Shown: positions 43,714-53,648, counted from the first letter of the stretch. The stretch: 64,000 nt of DNA from Mycobacteriales bacterium (GCA_046590575.1 JBKJUS010000165.1:8635-72634); one strand, 5' to 3'. The notes: generated by a model from the letters alone, not told the origin. Numbers and translations: made by a program.

Positions 43714-44361
43714 GTGCTCTTCAGCCGCCACGAGACCCAGCTCATCGACCCAGACCAGGCCTTGCCCGGGCGCGACACCCCGATGCCGGTGCCGGCGAAG
43801 CACTTCGTGCTTGGCACACCCATGTGCCCGCCGTACCCCGATGGCCTGGAGACCGCCGTCTTTGGACTGGGCTGCTTCTGGGGCGCTGAGCGGATCTTCT
43901 GGCAGCTCGACGGTGTCTACACGACGTCCGCCGGCTATGCGGGTGGCTACACGCCCAACCCGACGTACGACGAGGTGTGCTCGGGCCGCACCGGCCACAC
44001 CGAGGTCGTCCAGGTCGTCTTCGACCCCACGAAGTCGTCGTACGCCGAGCTGCTGCGGGTCTTCTTCGAGAACCACGACCCGACCCAGGGAATGCGCCAG
44101 GGCAACGACACGGGCACGCAGTACCGCTCCGCCGTCTACACCACGAGCGACGACCAGGCGCAGGCGGCTCAGGCCGCCCGGGAGGCGTACGAGCCGGTGC
44201 TCCGCAAGGCCGGCCACGGAGCGATCACGACCGAGATCGTTCAGGCGGAGGCCTACTACTTCGCCGAGGACTACCACCAGCAGTACCTCGCCAAGAACCC
44301 CAACGGTTACTGCGGCATCGGCGGCACCGGCGTCTCCTGCCCGGTCGGCCTCGCGACCTAG
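43714..44361 (+). CDS. msrA: Peptide-methionine (S)-S-oxide reductase
   Basis: GTG 43714 with GAGGTGA upstream. Active site [40 protein letters not shown]. Confidence 0.92.
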   Translation: MLFSRHETQLIDPDQALPGRDTPMPVPAKHFVLGTPMCPPYPDGLETAVFGLGCFWGAERIFWQLDGVYTTSAGYAGGYTPNPTYDEVCSGRTGHTEVVQVVFDPTKSSYAELLRVFFENHDPTQGMRQGNDTGTQYRSAVYTTSDDQAQAAQAAREAYEPVLRKAGHGAITTEIVQAEAYYFAEDYHQQYLAKNPNGYCGIGGTGVSCPVGLAT

Positions 44362-44400
44362 AAGGTTCTGCGCAGACGCGGCGACCGTAGGCTGCCGCTC

Positions 44401-45243
44401 GTGGCAGTCGTGGAGCAGCCCGTGGGCCGAGCAGGTGTGGTGGCCGTCGATGATCCCGACGACCCTCGCGTCCTCGACTACCGCTGCCTCACCGACCCCG
44501 AGCTGCGCATGCGCTACGAAGGCGACGCAGGGGTCTTCATCGCTGAGGGTCCGCTCGTCGTCCGCGAACTGCTGAGCTCGCCGTACGACGTTCGCTCGGT
44601 TCTCGTCACGGCTGGTCAGCACGAGGTGCTCGCCGACGCGTTGGCTGGGGTGCCCGCGCCCATCTACGTCGCGAGCCAACGGGTCATCGACGCAATCGCC
44701 GGCTTTCATCTGCACCGGGGGGCGTTGGCCTGCGGGCAGCGACGGGAGCTGGCGAGTGTGGCCGAGGTCATCGCTGCTGCTCGAGTTGTCTGTGTGCTCG
44801 AGCGGATCAACGACCACGAGAACCTCGGCGCGATCTTCCGCAACGCGCGCGCCCTCGGCGTCGATGCCGTCGTGCTCTGCCCTGAATGCTGCGACCCGTT
44901 CTACCGTCGGGCGGTTCGGGTCTCGATGGGCCACCTGCTCCGCGTGGCGATCGCGCGCGCTCCGGATCTGCCGATCGCGATCGCCCAGCTGCGGGCGGCC
45001 GGGTTCACGACCGTGGCGTTCACTCCTGACCTCACGGCCGAGCCGGTGCAGGCTCTTGACGAGCTGCGCGGCCAGCGGGTCGCCCTGCTGCTCGGCGCTG
45101 AAGGACCCGGCCTGCGACCGGCCACCCAGGATGCTGCCGATCGTCGGGTGCGCATCCCGATGCGACCCGGTGTCGACTCGCTCAACGTCGCGACCGCGGC
45201 GGCGATCGCCTTCCATCGGCTTGCGACCGATCTCTCGACATGA
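44401..45243 (+). CDS. TrmH/SpoU-family RNA 2'-O-methyltransferase
   Basis: VLERINDHENLGAIFRNARALG, LLLGAEGPGL and IPMRPGVDSLNVATAAAIAF. Confidence 0.85.
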   Translation: MAVVEQPVGRAGVVAVDDPDDPRVLDYRCLTDPELRMRYEGDAGVFIAEGPLVVRELLSSPYDVRSVLVTAGQHEVLADALAGVPAPIYVASQRVIDAIAGFHLHRGALACGQRRELASVAEVIAAARVVCVLERINDHENLGAIFRNARALGVDAVVLCPECCDPFYRRAVRVSMGHLLRVAIARAPDLPIAIAQLRAAGFTTVAFTPDLTAEPVQALDELRGQRVALLLGAEGPGLRPATQDAADRRVRIPMRPGVDSLNVATAAAIAFHRLATDLST

Positions 45244-46082
45244 CTGGTCCCCTGATCACGACAGACGAGCTTGCGACGCTGCTTGCCGCGGAGGCCCCAG
45301 TGCGCGTGCTCGACGTGCGATGGCGGTTGATGGGCCCACCGGCCTACGCCGACCATGTTTCCGGGCGCGTCCCCGGGTCTGTCTTTGTCGACCTCCCCCG
45401 TGACCTCGCTGCGGCACCAGGGGACGGCGGCCGACACCCACTGCCCTCCCGCGCTGACTTCCAGGTCGCCATGCGTCAAGCCGGGGTCAGCGACGCCGTC
45501 CCTGTCGTCGTGTACGACGACGCGGATGGGACCAGCGCCGCGCGGGCGTGGTGGCTGCTGAGTCACTACGGGCACTGCGACGTCCGGCTACTCGATGGCG
45601 GGTGGCGGGCGTGGGAGTCCGAAGGTCATGCCACGGCGTCGGGACAGCCGGTCACCCCACCGGCAGGCGACTTCCATGCCTCCGACGGCGCGCGGCCGGT
45701 GCTCGACGCTGCGGGTGCGGCAGATCTCGCGCGCACCGGGGTGCTGCTCGACGCGCGCGCGGCGGAGCGCTATCGGGGTGAGGTCGAGCCGGTCGATCCG
45801 GTGGCCGGCCACATCCCGGCGGCCGTGAGCGCACCGACCGCCGCCAACGTGAGGGCGGACGGTCGGTTCCACGACGCCGACGTCCTCGGCGACCGCTTCG
45901 CCGAGCTCGGTGTCGACGGCATCGTCGAGGTGGGTGTCTATTGCGGGTCCGGAGTCACCGCAGCCCACGAGGTGCTGGCGCTCGAGTTGGCCGGCATCCG
46001 GGCTGCGCTCTACCCCGGCTCGTGGAGTGAGTGGGTGCGCGACCCGTCGCGGCCCGTGGCGACCGGCGAAGGCGCACAATGA
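45240..46082 (+). CDS. Tandem-rhodanese sulfurtransferase (thiosulfate/3-mercaptopyruvate type)
   Basis: ATGA overlap with the upstream gene. Active-site loop YCGSGVTAAHE. ERYRGEVEPVDPVAGHIPAA. Confidence 0.8.
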   Translation: MTGPLITTDELATLLAAEAPVRVLDVRWRLMGPPAYADHVSGRVPGSVFVDLPRDLAAAPGDGGRHPLPSRADFQVAMRQAGVSDAVPVVVYDDADGTSAARAWWLLSHYGHCDVRLLDGGWRAWESEGHATASGQPVTPPAGDFHASDGARPVLDAAGAADLARTGVLLDARAAERYRGEVEPVDPVAGHIPAAVSAPTAANVRADGRFHDADVLGDRFAELGVDGIVEVGVYCGSGVTAAHEVLALELAGIRAALYPGSWSEWVRDPSRPVATGEGAQ

Positions 46083-46086
46083 CCAG

Positions 46087-46317
46087 ATGACCACGCGCAC
46101 CGACGTCGCGCCGGATCTGCAGCGCGACGACACCGACAACATCGTCTTCCATTACGTCGACAAGGCGAAGATCGTGCAGAGCGCGGTCCTCGGAGACGTC
46201 GTCACCGCGTTGTGTGGTGCCATTTTTCCGGTGACCAGGTCGGCCAAGCCGGGCTCGCCGGTGTGCCCTGCCTGCCGCGACCTCATGGAGCTATTGCGCG
46301 CCTTCGGCGACAGCTAG
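46087..46317 (+). CDS. DUF3039 domain-containing protein
   Basis: Track ORF 45910..46317, trimmed to ATG 46087. FHYVDKAKIVQSAVLGDVVTALCG...PVCPACRDL. Confidence 0.7.
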   Translation: MTTRTDVAPDLQRDDTDNIVFHYVDKAKIVQSAVLGDVVTALCGAIFPVTRSAKPGSPVCPACRDLMELLRAFGDS

Positions 46318-47072
46318 CGAGCGTGCACGGTGAGGGCACCGGCGCGGATGGCGTCGACCAGTCGTTCGCCGCGCCGGACTACCGACCGCGGCCAGACGAC
46401 TGACCGAACGACCTCGCCGTCGACGACGGCATCGGCACCGATCACGCTCTCGCCGCAATTGGCCGTGAGGTTGGCGCGCAGGTAGTCCGCAGGGGTGCCG
46501 CAGTCGACGAATTCTTGGTCCGTCGTCACCAGGTCGAGGCGGCCGGCCTTTTCCTCGCGCCGCCACAACACCTCGTAGAGACCGCTGGGCGTTGCGTCGA
46601 GGTCGCGGACCGCCGACCACGGAAGGAGGCAGGCGCCGGCGTACCGCAGATTGCCGAAGTCACCGCGCGCAGCGTCGCGGACGCAGAGCAGCCGCACCCG
46701 CTCACCGTCCCAGCCGTCGACCAGCGCGGCGAGCGTGCCGTCGCGCCATGCATCGGCGTTGGCGACGAGCACCGGGCGACCGGCCATCCAGTCGCGCAAT
46801 AGCCCGATCGCGCCCGCCGTACCGAGCGGCTCGGCCCGTTCCAGCGAAATGCGCACTCCGCGGTCGGAGAGGTGCGCGTTCATGAGCTCGGGACGCGCGT
46901 GCACATTGACCGCGATGCCGCGGGCATACGGCGCAACGGCGTCGAGTGCCCAGTCGACGAGAGGTCGGTGGGCGACGGGGCACAACGCCTTGGGCAGCAG
47001 GTCGGTCAGCGGCCGCAGGCGGGTACCTAAACCGGCGGCAAGAATGATCGCGGCGGGCAGGTCAGCGGTCAC
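46314..47072 (-). CDS. NTP-transferase (sugar-phosphate nucleotidyltransferase) family protein
   Basis: AIILAAGLGTRLRPLTDLLPKALCPV. 252 aa. Confidence 0.8.
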   Translation of the reverse strand: MTADLPAAIILAAGLGTRLRPLTDLLPKALCPVAHRPLVDWALDAVAPYARGIAVNVHARPELMNAHLSDRGVRISLERAEPLGTAGAIGLLRDWMAGRPVLVANADAWRDGTLAALVDGWDGERVRLLCVRDAARGDFGNLRYAGACLLPWSAVRDLDATPSGLYEVLWRREEKAGRLDLVTTDQEFVDCGTPADYLRANLTANCGESVIGADAVVDGEVVRSVVWPRSVVRRGERLVDAIRAGALTVHAR

Positions 47073-47127
47073 GTCATGAGCGGCGCTCGCGGTGCTCTAC
47101 TCGACGTTCCTGCACTGGCTGGCTGCG

Positions 47128-48099
47128 CTACCTGCTCCGCGTGGTCACGTAGAGGTCGCTCGAGCCCTCGCCACCAGGTCGCGGGGAACCGAAGTAGAGC
47201 GTCGTGCCGTCCCAGGACAGCGACGGCCGAGTTTCGTTAGCCGCTGTGTTGACGTTCGGGCCGAGGTTGACGGGCGTCGAGAAGGCATCCGACGTTGAGC
47301 TTCTCGTGGCGGCGTAGAGGTCGGCCAGCCCGATCGTGCCCGGGCGGGTGCTGAAGAAGAACAACTCGAGCCCGTCGCGGCGGACGTTGGGCTGGCCGTC
47401 TACGGCTGCGCTGTTGACGCCGGGCACCAGAGCGGCTGGTCCGAAAACGCCACCGTGCGACTCGCTCATGTAGACGTCGCTGTCGCCCGTGGTCACTCCC
47501 GGCGCCTCAGCGGTAAATCCACCAGCCCGGAAGCTGGAGAAGTACAGCACCGGACCAGTTCCGCGCTGAGGCAGGGGGGTCGGGCTCGCCTCGTCGGCAG
47601 CGCTATTTACCACGCAACCGAGGTTGTCGGGCTGCTCAAGACCGGACTTGTTGCGCAGCCGGGCGGTGTAGATGTCGGCGCCGCCGCAGCCCCCCGGCCG
47701 ATTGCTGACGAAGTAGAAGAGGTGGCCGTCGCGGGCGATCGTGGGGCAGAAGTCATCCTGAGGGGAGTTCACCGGTGCGCCCACGTTGACGGGCGGGCCC
47801 CACGGGTCGTCCGCACTGCTCCTGGTTGAGGTGTAGATGTCGAGCCCACCGACCCCGCCTGAGCGGTTCGATGCGAAGTAGAAGGTCTTCGAATCACGCG
47901 CGACTGCCGGGCAGCCCTCAAGTGCCGTCGTGTTGAACGAGGAAGGGGTGCCGGGCTGCTGTTCGATGCTGGTCGCAGGGGTCCAGCCGCCGAAGTCTGC
48001 CCCGGCGGGCGATGCGGTGACGAGGACTGCCGCGAGACTCAGAATCGCGCCAAGCGAACCGGCATTCAATCCTCGATGTGTGGTCGTCCTTGTAGTCAT
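47128..48099 (-). CDS. Secreted TolB-like PD40 beta-propeller repeat protein
   Basis: Track ORF runs to 48132 (GTG). ATG 48099 is preferred because a G-rich RBS lies directly upstream. Signal peptide. Repeats FYFASNRSGGVGGLDIYTS, FYFVSNRPGGCGGADIYTA, LFFFSTRPG..LADLYAA and LYFGSPRPGGEGSSDLYVT. Confidence 0.8.
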   Translation of the reverse strand: MTTRTTTHRGLNAGSLGAILSLAAVLVTASPAGADFGGWTPATSIEQQPGTPSSFNTTALEGCPAVARDSKTFYFASNRSGGVGGLDIYTSTRSSADDPWGPPVNVGAPVNSPQDDFCPTIARDGHLFYFVSNRPGGCGGADIYTARLRNKSGLEQPDNLGCVVNSAADEASPTPLPQRGTGPVLYFSSFRAGGFTAEAPGVTTGDSDVYMSESHGGVFGPAALVPGVNSAAVDGQPNVRRDGLELFFFSTRPGTIGLADLYAATRSSTSDAFSTPVNLGPNVNTAANETRPSLSWDGTTLYFGSPRPGGEGSSDLYVTTRSR

Positions 48100-48197
48100 T
48101 GGGGCCCCCCCGGGTTGTCGTGACGTCGCCACGCTACAACAGCTTCAGGCGCAAAGCGACGGTCCAATCTCAACAGCTGTAGGGCAGGATCGCCAGC

Positions 48198-48986
48198 ATG
48201 GTCATCCCGGTTCACGACGAGAACCCCACGCATCGCCGGCCGTGGGTCACCTACCTGCTCATCGTCATCAATGTCGTCGTCTTCTTTCAGGAGCCGATCG
48301 TGCGCTCGCCGATCGCCGGCGAGACGAAGGCGGCGCAGGCTTGCCGGCAGGAGGCGTTCTTCCGGGAGTACGCCGCTATCCCGAAGGAGGTGGTCACGAA
48401 CGATCCGCTCGACACCACGGCCGGTGCACCGGTCGGTGTCAACGAGTGCCGCGCCGTCAAGCCCGACTACGACAAGTCGCCGGCGCTCTCGGTGCTCTAC
48501 GCGATGTTCTTGCACGGCGGCCTGCTGCATCTGCTTGGCAACATGCTCTTCCTCTTCGTTTTCGGCAACAACGTCGAGGATCGGCTCGGTCGGCTGCGCT
48601 ACCTGCTTTGCTACCTGGTCTGGGGCTATGTTGCGACGTACGTCTTCGCGTTCGCCTTCCGTGACTCGACGACGGTGCTCGTCGGTGCCTCGGGCGCGGT
48701 GGCAGGCGTCCTCGGCGCCTACCTGAAGCTCTTCCCGCGGGCCCGGGTGCTGAGCCTCGTGCCGTTCTTGTTCTTCTTCCCGTTGCGCCTGCCGGCCTGG
48801 CTGGTGCTCGGCTCGTGGTTCGCCTTGCAGTACGTCTACTCGCAGGGGGCCGGGCTCACCGAAGGCAGCGGCGTCGCCTACCTCGCCCACGTCGCCGGAT
48901 TCATCGCGGGCTTCGTGACGCTGCTCGTCCTGCGGACTCGAGGAGGGCAGCGGAGCGGCAGACGGCGTGGCAGGCTGGCCGCATGA
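48198..48986 (+). CDS. Rhomboid-family intramembrane serine protease
   Basis: HGGLLHLLGNMLFLFVFG, catalytic GASGAVAGVLGAY and AHVAGFIAG. Confidence 0.88.
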   Translation: MVIPVHDENPTHRRPWVTYLLIVINVVVFFQEPIVRSPIAGETKAAQACRQEAFFREYAAIPKEVVTNDPLDTTAGAPVGVNECRAVKPDYDKSPALSVLYAMFLHGGLLHLLGNMLFLFVFGNNVEDRLGRLRYLLCYLVWGYVATYVFAFAFRDSTTVLVGASGAVAGVLGAYLKLFPRARVLSLVPFLFFFPLRLPAWLVLGSWFALQYVYSQGAGLTEGSGVAYLAHVAGFIAGFVTLLVLRTRGGQRSGRRRGRLAA

Positions 48987-49600
48987 CGCCAGCCGCTGCC
49001 AAGTCCCGTGCCATCTGCCTCGCCCAGCAGCCTGAGGCGGACGCGCTCCTGACGCGCGACCCGCTCGCGCTGCTCATCGGAATGGTGCTCGACCAGCAGT
49101 TCCCGCTCGAACGCGCGTTTGCCGGGCCATGGGTGCTGACGCAGCGGCTCGGGTACACGCCCGGTGCCGCCGAGCTTGCGTCGTACGACGCCGACGCATT
49201 GGCCGCGGTCTTCGCCCAGCCACCGTGCATCCACCGCTTCCCCGGGTCGATGGCCGCACGCGTGCAGCAGATGTGCGCGCACCTGATCGAGGTGTACGAC
49301 GGCGACGCGGCTGCGGTGTGGACCGGCGCGAAGACCGGCGAGGAGCTGCTGTCTCGGCTGCGCGCTGTGCCCGGCTTCGGGGAGCAGAAGGCGAAAATCT
49401 TCCTGGCGTTGCTCGGCAAGCAGCTCGGAGTCCGGCCTCGCGGCTGGCGGGAAGCGGCCGGCGTGTATGGCGAGGACGGCGCGAAGCGCTCCGTCGCTGA
49501 CATCACAGGTCCCGACTCGCTGCTCGAGGTGCGGGCTTACAAGCAGCAGATGAAAGCCGCGGCGAAGGCGGGCAGTCCTGCGCCGAAGCGCGGCCGCTGA
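48983..49600 (+). CDS. HhH-GPD-type base-excision DNA repair family protein
   Basis: Track ORF 48815..49600, trimmed to ATG 48983 (ATGA overlap with the rhomboid stop). LAQQPEADALLTRDPLALLIGMVLDQQFPLERAF...VPGFGEQKAKIFLALLG. Confidence 0.7.
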   Translation: MTPAAAKSRAICLAQQPEADALLTRDPLALLIGMVLDQQFPLERAFAGPWVLTQRLGYTPGAAELASYDADALAAVFAQPPCIHRFPGSMAARVQQMCAHLIEVYDGDAAAVWTGAKTGEELLSRLRAVPGFGEQKAKIFLALLGKQLGVRPRGWREAAGVYGEDGAKRSVADITGPDSLLEVRAYKQQMKAAAKAGSPAPKRGR

Positions 49601-49622
49601 ATTTTTAGGCGATTTTTGACCT

Positions 49623-50564
49623 TCAAAGTTTGGTGACGTCCGTCCCGGCCCGGAGCAGCGAGAGCTTCTCGGAGTTGGCGGGGTGAAGCAGCAGCCGGCT
49701 GGTTGCTGCGGCCGCGCGCTCCTCGATCTCATCGAGGTGCCGGCCGCGCATGCTGTTCACGCTCAGCCGGGCCAGCGTCGCGACATCAGGTTCGACGACG
49801 AGAACTGGTGTGCCGCTGCGGCGCACCCGGCGGGCTTCAGAGACGACGTAGCGATGCCAGAGCAGGCGCAAGCTCAGGTCGACTCGTGGCCGGGCCGCCG
49901 TCGGCAGCACGGACATGGGGGAGCTGATCACGACGAGATCGAGCCCGCACCCGGCCAGTACATCGGCGTTGGTCGGCGAGTGAATGCCACCATCGACGTA
50001 CTCCACGCCGTTGATGTCCACCGGCTTGAAGTAGCCCGGTATCGCGCAGGAGGCGGCGACGGCGCTGGCGACGTCGGCGGGCGGCGCGCCTTCGCGGCCG
50101 AAGACCACCCGTACCCCGTCGCGTCGTCGAGCCGCCACGACCCACATCTCCCGCTCCGGCCAGGCCGAACCGAATCGTCGTCGTACGCCGACCGAGATGA
50201 GGTCCGTGGACCTGCTGCCGGCGGGTACCAGAGCAGTGGCGAGGACCACGGGTCGGGCCAGCCAAGGACGACGGATCGCGGCAGCCAGCACGCCGACTCC
50301 GGCGATCCGGCGGACGGAGGTCGCGGCGTCTGGCGCGTCGTCCGGGAGGGACGCGACCGGCTGGCCGCTGGGGGAGCGCAGCGAAGCGCCGATGATCGAG
50401 CCGGCTGACGTGCCCACCACGATGGCGGCCGTGCGGGCGTCCCACCCTGCGGTGACCTGGAGCGCGGAGAGCACTCCGCGGTGAAATGCCTCACCGGTGA
50501 TCCCACCGGCACCGAGGACCAGACCGACCCGCGTCACCGGATCGACTGCTCCCGCAGCCTGCAT
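49623..50564 (-). CDS. Patatin-like phospholipase family protein
   Basis: Oxyanion LVLGAGGITGEAFHRG, nucleophile GTSAGS and the catalytic Asp context YVDGG. Confidence 0.85.
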   Translation of the reverse strand: MQAAGAVDPVTRVGLVLGAGGITGEAFHRGVLSALQVTAGWDARTAAIVVGTSAGSIIGASLRSPSGQPVASLPDDAPDAATSVRRIAGVGVLAAAIRRPWLARPVVLATALVPAGSRSTDLISVGVRRRFGSAWPEREMWVVAARRRDGVRVVFGREGAPPADVASAVAASCAIPGYFKPVDINGVEYVDGGIHSPTNADVLAGCGLDLVVISSPMSVLPTAARPRVDLSLRLLWHRYVVSEARRVRRSGTPVLVVEPDVATLARLSVNSMRGRHLDEIEERAAAATSRLLLHPANSEKLSLLRAGTDVTKL

Positions 50565-51892
50565 CAGTCGGTCGCGGCAGGGGGGTCCTGTGGTGCCGGG
50601 GCGGTGTCGGAAGGGACCTCGGCCGCTGGGACGTCGACGGCAGTCGGCTCGGTCGAGTCGGTGAGGGGCGCCGGCTCGACGGGAGTGGGCGGCGCGCCGG
50701 GCGCAGGCGCCTCGACGGAGACAGCTTCGGCCGGTGCTGTGTCGGCCGGTGCTGTGTCGGCCGGTGCTGTGTCGGCCGGTGCTGTGGGCTCATCAGGGGC
50801 AGCCCCGGTTCCAGGGTCGGCGGGTGCCGTCGGCGGGGCCTGCTCCGGCTGGTCGAGCATCGGCACGGCGAAGTCCGTCGGTGCCGCGGTCTCTTCAGGG
50901 GCGTTCGAGTCCGTCGCAGGCGTCGGCTCTCCCTCGCCGGAAGCGATCGCCGCCCCCTCGGCTGGTTGCCCCACTGCGGCTGGTTGCCCCACTGCGGCGG
51001 GCTGCGCGACCTCTGCCGGCGGTGCGCCGGGATCCTGCGGCGGAGTCATCGCCTCTGAGGTCCCCTGCGCGGTCGACGGTCCTTGCGCTTCGATCAGCGG
51101 CGGCGGGTCGCCGGAGACCTCCAGGCTGGCCACAGAACCGTCGGCCCCATCGCCGGGCTCGCCTGGGACGACGCCCTCGGTGGGAGTGGCCGCGTCGGCC
51201 GCGTCGGCCGGACCCTTCTTGCCTCGTCCGCCGCGGCGGCGGCGCTTCTTCGCCCCGTCGGCGCCGGCGATCTCGTCGCCGGGCCGGGGTGGCCGAGCCT
51301 CACCTGGTGTACGGGCAGCGCGCTCCGCGCGCGGCCGCGGCTTCTTCTTCGGCGGCGGGGGAGCGTCGTCGGGATGAGTCTTCACCCACTCGGTGAGGAT
51401 CGCGTCGTGCACGACGCCCCAGCGCCGGCGTACGTCGTCCCAGTCGGCGTCGGCCGACTGCGCAGCGGTAACCAGCTCCCAGGCGAACCGCGCGGCGGGG
51501 TTGGGCTTACGCCCCCGCAGCAGCTGATCCGCCATTTTGTGGCCGGCGGCCTGGAAGTCCGACCAGCCCTCAGCGGCCTCGCCGGCGGCGATCAGCTCGA
51601 CTTCGCCCGGACGCGGGCCCCGGGGGGCCGCTGGTTCGCGCCGAGGTCGTTCGCCACTAGCGGTCGGGCGGGCGGATCCGCCGGCCGGGCGCGCAGACCC
51701 ACTGGCCGGGCGGGAACCCACCGGACGACCACGGCCGGCTGGTCGCTCGCGAGACTTCTCTTCCTCGTACGGGATGCCGAGGCGGAGCGCCTCTTCTTTA
51801 CGGGCCTCACGCTCGAGGGCGTCGTTGAAGCGGAGGATCTCCTTGTTCTCGTTGACCACGGACTTGTCCATGAAGGACACGCGCTTGCTCAT
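50564..51892 (-). CDS. Hypothetical protein: conserved-looking basic N-terminal and central helical segments plus a long Pro/Ala/Glu-rich repetitive C-terminal tail
   Basis: Track ORF runs to 51973; ATG 51892 (MSKRVSFMDKS) is preferred, start uncertain. TGATG overlap with the patatin start. C-terminal repeats PADTA x4 and AAVGQP x2. Confidence 0.55.
   Translation of the reverse strand: MSKRVSFMDKSVVNENKEILRFNDALEREARKEEALRLGIPYEEEKSRERPAGRGRPVGSRPASGSARPAGGSARPTASGERPRREPAAPRGPRPGEVELIAAGEAAEGWSDFQAAGHKMADQLLRGRKPNPAARFAWELVTAAQSADADWDDVRRRWGVVHDAILTEWVKTHPDDAPPPPKKKPRPRAERAARTPGEARPPRPGDEIAGADGAKKRRRRGGRGKKGPADAADAATPTEGVVPGEPGDGADGSVASLEVSGDPPPLIEAQGPSTAQGTSEAMTPPQDPGAPPAEVAQPAAVGQPAAVGQPAEGAAIASGEGEPTPATDSNAPEETAAPTDFAVPMLDQPEQAPPTAPADPGTGAAPDEPTAPADTAPADTAPADTAPAEAVSVEAPAPGAPPTPVEPAPLTDSTEPTAVDVPAAEVPSDTAPAPQDPPAATD
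50728..50785 (-). repeat. 15-bp tandem repeat (cggccggtgctgtgt, about 3.9 copies) encoding PADTA repeats
   Basis: Direct reading of 50728-50785 shows three exact units plus a partial fourth. Confidence 0.9.
50961..50996 (-). repeat. 18-bp tandem duplication (gctggttgccccactgcg x2) encoding AAVGQP x2
   Basis: Two exact adjacent copies, at 50961-50978 and 50979-50996. Confidence 0.9.
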
Positions 51893-52016
51893 GCCAGTGG
51901 CCTTCTTCTTGCTCACGAGACGCGCAGCCCTCCGCTTGGTGACCAGGTGCCGATGACCGGGTCCAGCGAACACCCTGCCATTACGAGGGGTGTTTCGTCG
52001 CCTCAGCAGCGATGGA

Positions 52017-52054
52017 CGCCTCAGCTGGCCGTCACGTCGTACCCCGCTGAGGCG
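52017..52054 (-). terminator. Hairpin directly downstream of the PIG-L gene stop (candidate terminator)
   Basis: Arms cgcctcagc (52017-52025) and gctgaggcg (52046-52054) form 9 bp with a 20-nt loop. It lies 7 nt from the stop at 52061. Confidence 0.4.
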
Positions 52055-52060
52055 CCGACC

Positions 52061-52780
52061 TCAGGCTGTGTCGATCACCCGATAGGCCTCGGCTAACCGG
52101 CCCTCAGGCAGGCCCGCGGCCTGGGCCTGGACGGTGAGCCAGTTGCGCAGCATCCCGTCGAGGTCGTCCATGTGCGCGGTCTGGCTGACGTGCTGACGCA
52201 GCGCCGCGATCTTCGCGTCGTAGGTGTCGGTTACGTCGATCCACCGGTCTGCGTCGGCTGACATGAGCCACATTTCCGCCACTGACCACGCCTCGAGCCC
52301 CTCCTCGGCCAGCAACTCGGGGTGCGCGAACGGGTTGCGCGCATCGGGGTAGACCGCGCACATCGCGGCCTCGCCAGTGGCCAGGTGGTCGGGGTGGCTG
52401 GCGTAGATGCGGGTGTAGTTGCGCTCCGGCGACTGGGTGAGCACTCGCTGCGGACGCACCTGGCGGATGACCCGGGAGATGTCGCGTCGCAGCTCGTGCG
52501 TGACGTAGAGCCGGCCGTCGGGGTAGCCCAGGAATCGGACGTCAGTGACCCCGACCTCCTCGGCCGCAGCGCGCTGCTCGGCCTGGCGGATGCCGGCGAT
52601 GTCTGACCTCGGCACGTCGGGGTCGAAGCCGCCCGCGTCGCCGTTCGTCACGATGCAGTAGGTGACCTCGATGCCAGCCTTCGTCCAGGTGGCGATCGTG
52701 CCGGCCGAGCCGAAGTCGACATCGTCAGGGTGGGCCGTGATGACGAGCACGCGCTCGACGTCGGTGTCGGCCAGTGGCAT
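52061..52780 (-). CDS. PIG-L (LmbE-like) family deacetylase
   Basis: VLVITAHPDDVDFGSAGTIA, YPDG and HPDH. Confidence 0.8.
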   Translation of the reverse strand: MPLADTDVERVLVITAHPDDVDFGSAGTIATWTKAGIEVTYCIVTNGDAGGFDPDVPRSDIAGIRQAEQRAAAEEVGVTDVRFLGYPDGRLYVTHELRRDISRVIRQVRPQRVLTQSPERNYTRIYASHPDHLATGEAAMCAVYPDARNPFAHPELLAEEGLEAWSVAEMWLMSADADRWIDVTDTYDAKIAALRQHVSQTAHMDDLDGMLRNWLTVQAQAAGLPEGRLAEAYRVIDTA

Positions 52781-52877
52781 GTAGTCCTCCTCGAGTGTCC
52801 TGCGAGGCTCATCCTTCCAGTCGCCACAGATATTCCCGCCGGATGCGCTGCGGGCCGGGAGCGGGAAGGATTGTCAC

Positions 52878-53648
52878 GTGCTCCTCGCGACGTGGAACGT
52901 CAACTCGCTCACCGCCCGGCTGCCCCGGGTGCTGGAGTTCCTCGGCGTACATCGGCCGGACGTGCTGTGCCTTCAGGAGACCAAGGTGCGCCCAGAGGCG
53001 TTCCCGCACGCCGACCTCGCCACGGCGGGCTATGCGGCAGTCGACCACAGTGGCGGCCGGTGGGCCGGCGTTGCAGTGATCGCTCCGGTCGGCACTCCGC
53101 TGCTCGACGCGACGCCGGGTCTGCCGGGCGAGGTCGCCGCTGAGGAGGCACGCTGGGTCGAGGCCCAAGTCGGCGAGGTGACTGTCGTCAGCGTCTATGT
53201 GGTCAACGGACGAGAGCTGGACAGCCCGGCGTACGCCGACAAGCTGGTCTTCCTCGATGCGATGGCTGCGCGGCTCGAAGCGCTGCGGGGTCGGCCGCTC
53301 TTCGTCGCTGGCGACTTCAACATCGCGCCCGCCGACGGCGACGTCTGGGACCCCTCCCTCTTCGTCGGTACGACGCACACCAGCGGGCCGGAGCGTGAAC
53401 GACTGGCGCGCATCCTCGACACCGGCCTGGTCGACGCCTATCGCCACCTCGAGCCCGACGCGCCGCACTACACCTACTGGGATTACCGGGCCGGGCACTT
53501 TCACCGCAACCTCGGCATGCGCATCGACCTGGCGTTGGTGAGCGAGGACCTAGTCCCACGGGTGCGCCGATGCGCCATCGACCGTGACTTCCGCAAAGGC
53601 CTCAAGCCCAGCGACCACGCACCGCTCCTCGTGCAGTTCGCCGACTAG
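52878..53648 (+). CDS. xthA: Exodeoxyribonuclease III
   Basis: GTG 52878 with GGGAAGGA upstream. MLLATWNVNSL...PDVLCLQETK...GDFNIAP...YTYWDYR...RIDL...PSDHAPL. Confidence 0.9.
   Translation: MLLATWNVNSLTARLPRVLEFLGVHRPDVLCLQETKVRPEAFPHADLATAGYAAVDHSGGRWAGVAVIAPVGTPLLDATPGLPGEVAAEEARWVEAQVGEVTVVSVYVVNGRELDSPAYADKLVFLDAMAARLEALRGRPLFVAGDFNIAPADGDVWDPSLFVGTTHTSGPERERLARILDTGLVDAYRHLEPDAPHYTYWDYRAGHFHRNLGMRIDLALVSEDLVPRVRRCAIDRDFRKGLKPSDHAPLLVQFAD

Noticed and set aside
43624-45216. 530-aa minus-strand ORF spanning msrA and the TrmH-like gene
   Set aside because: The opposite strand carries unmistakable MsrA (GCFWGAE) and SpoU/TrmH motifs. The antisense product is Arg/Gly/Asp-rich low-information sequence that crosses an intergenic gap.
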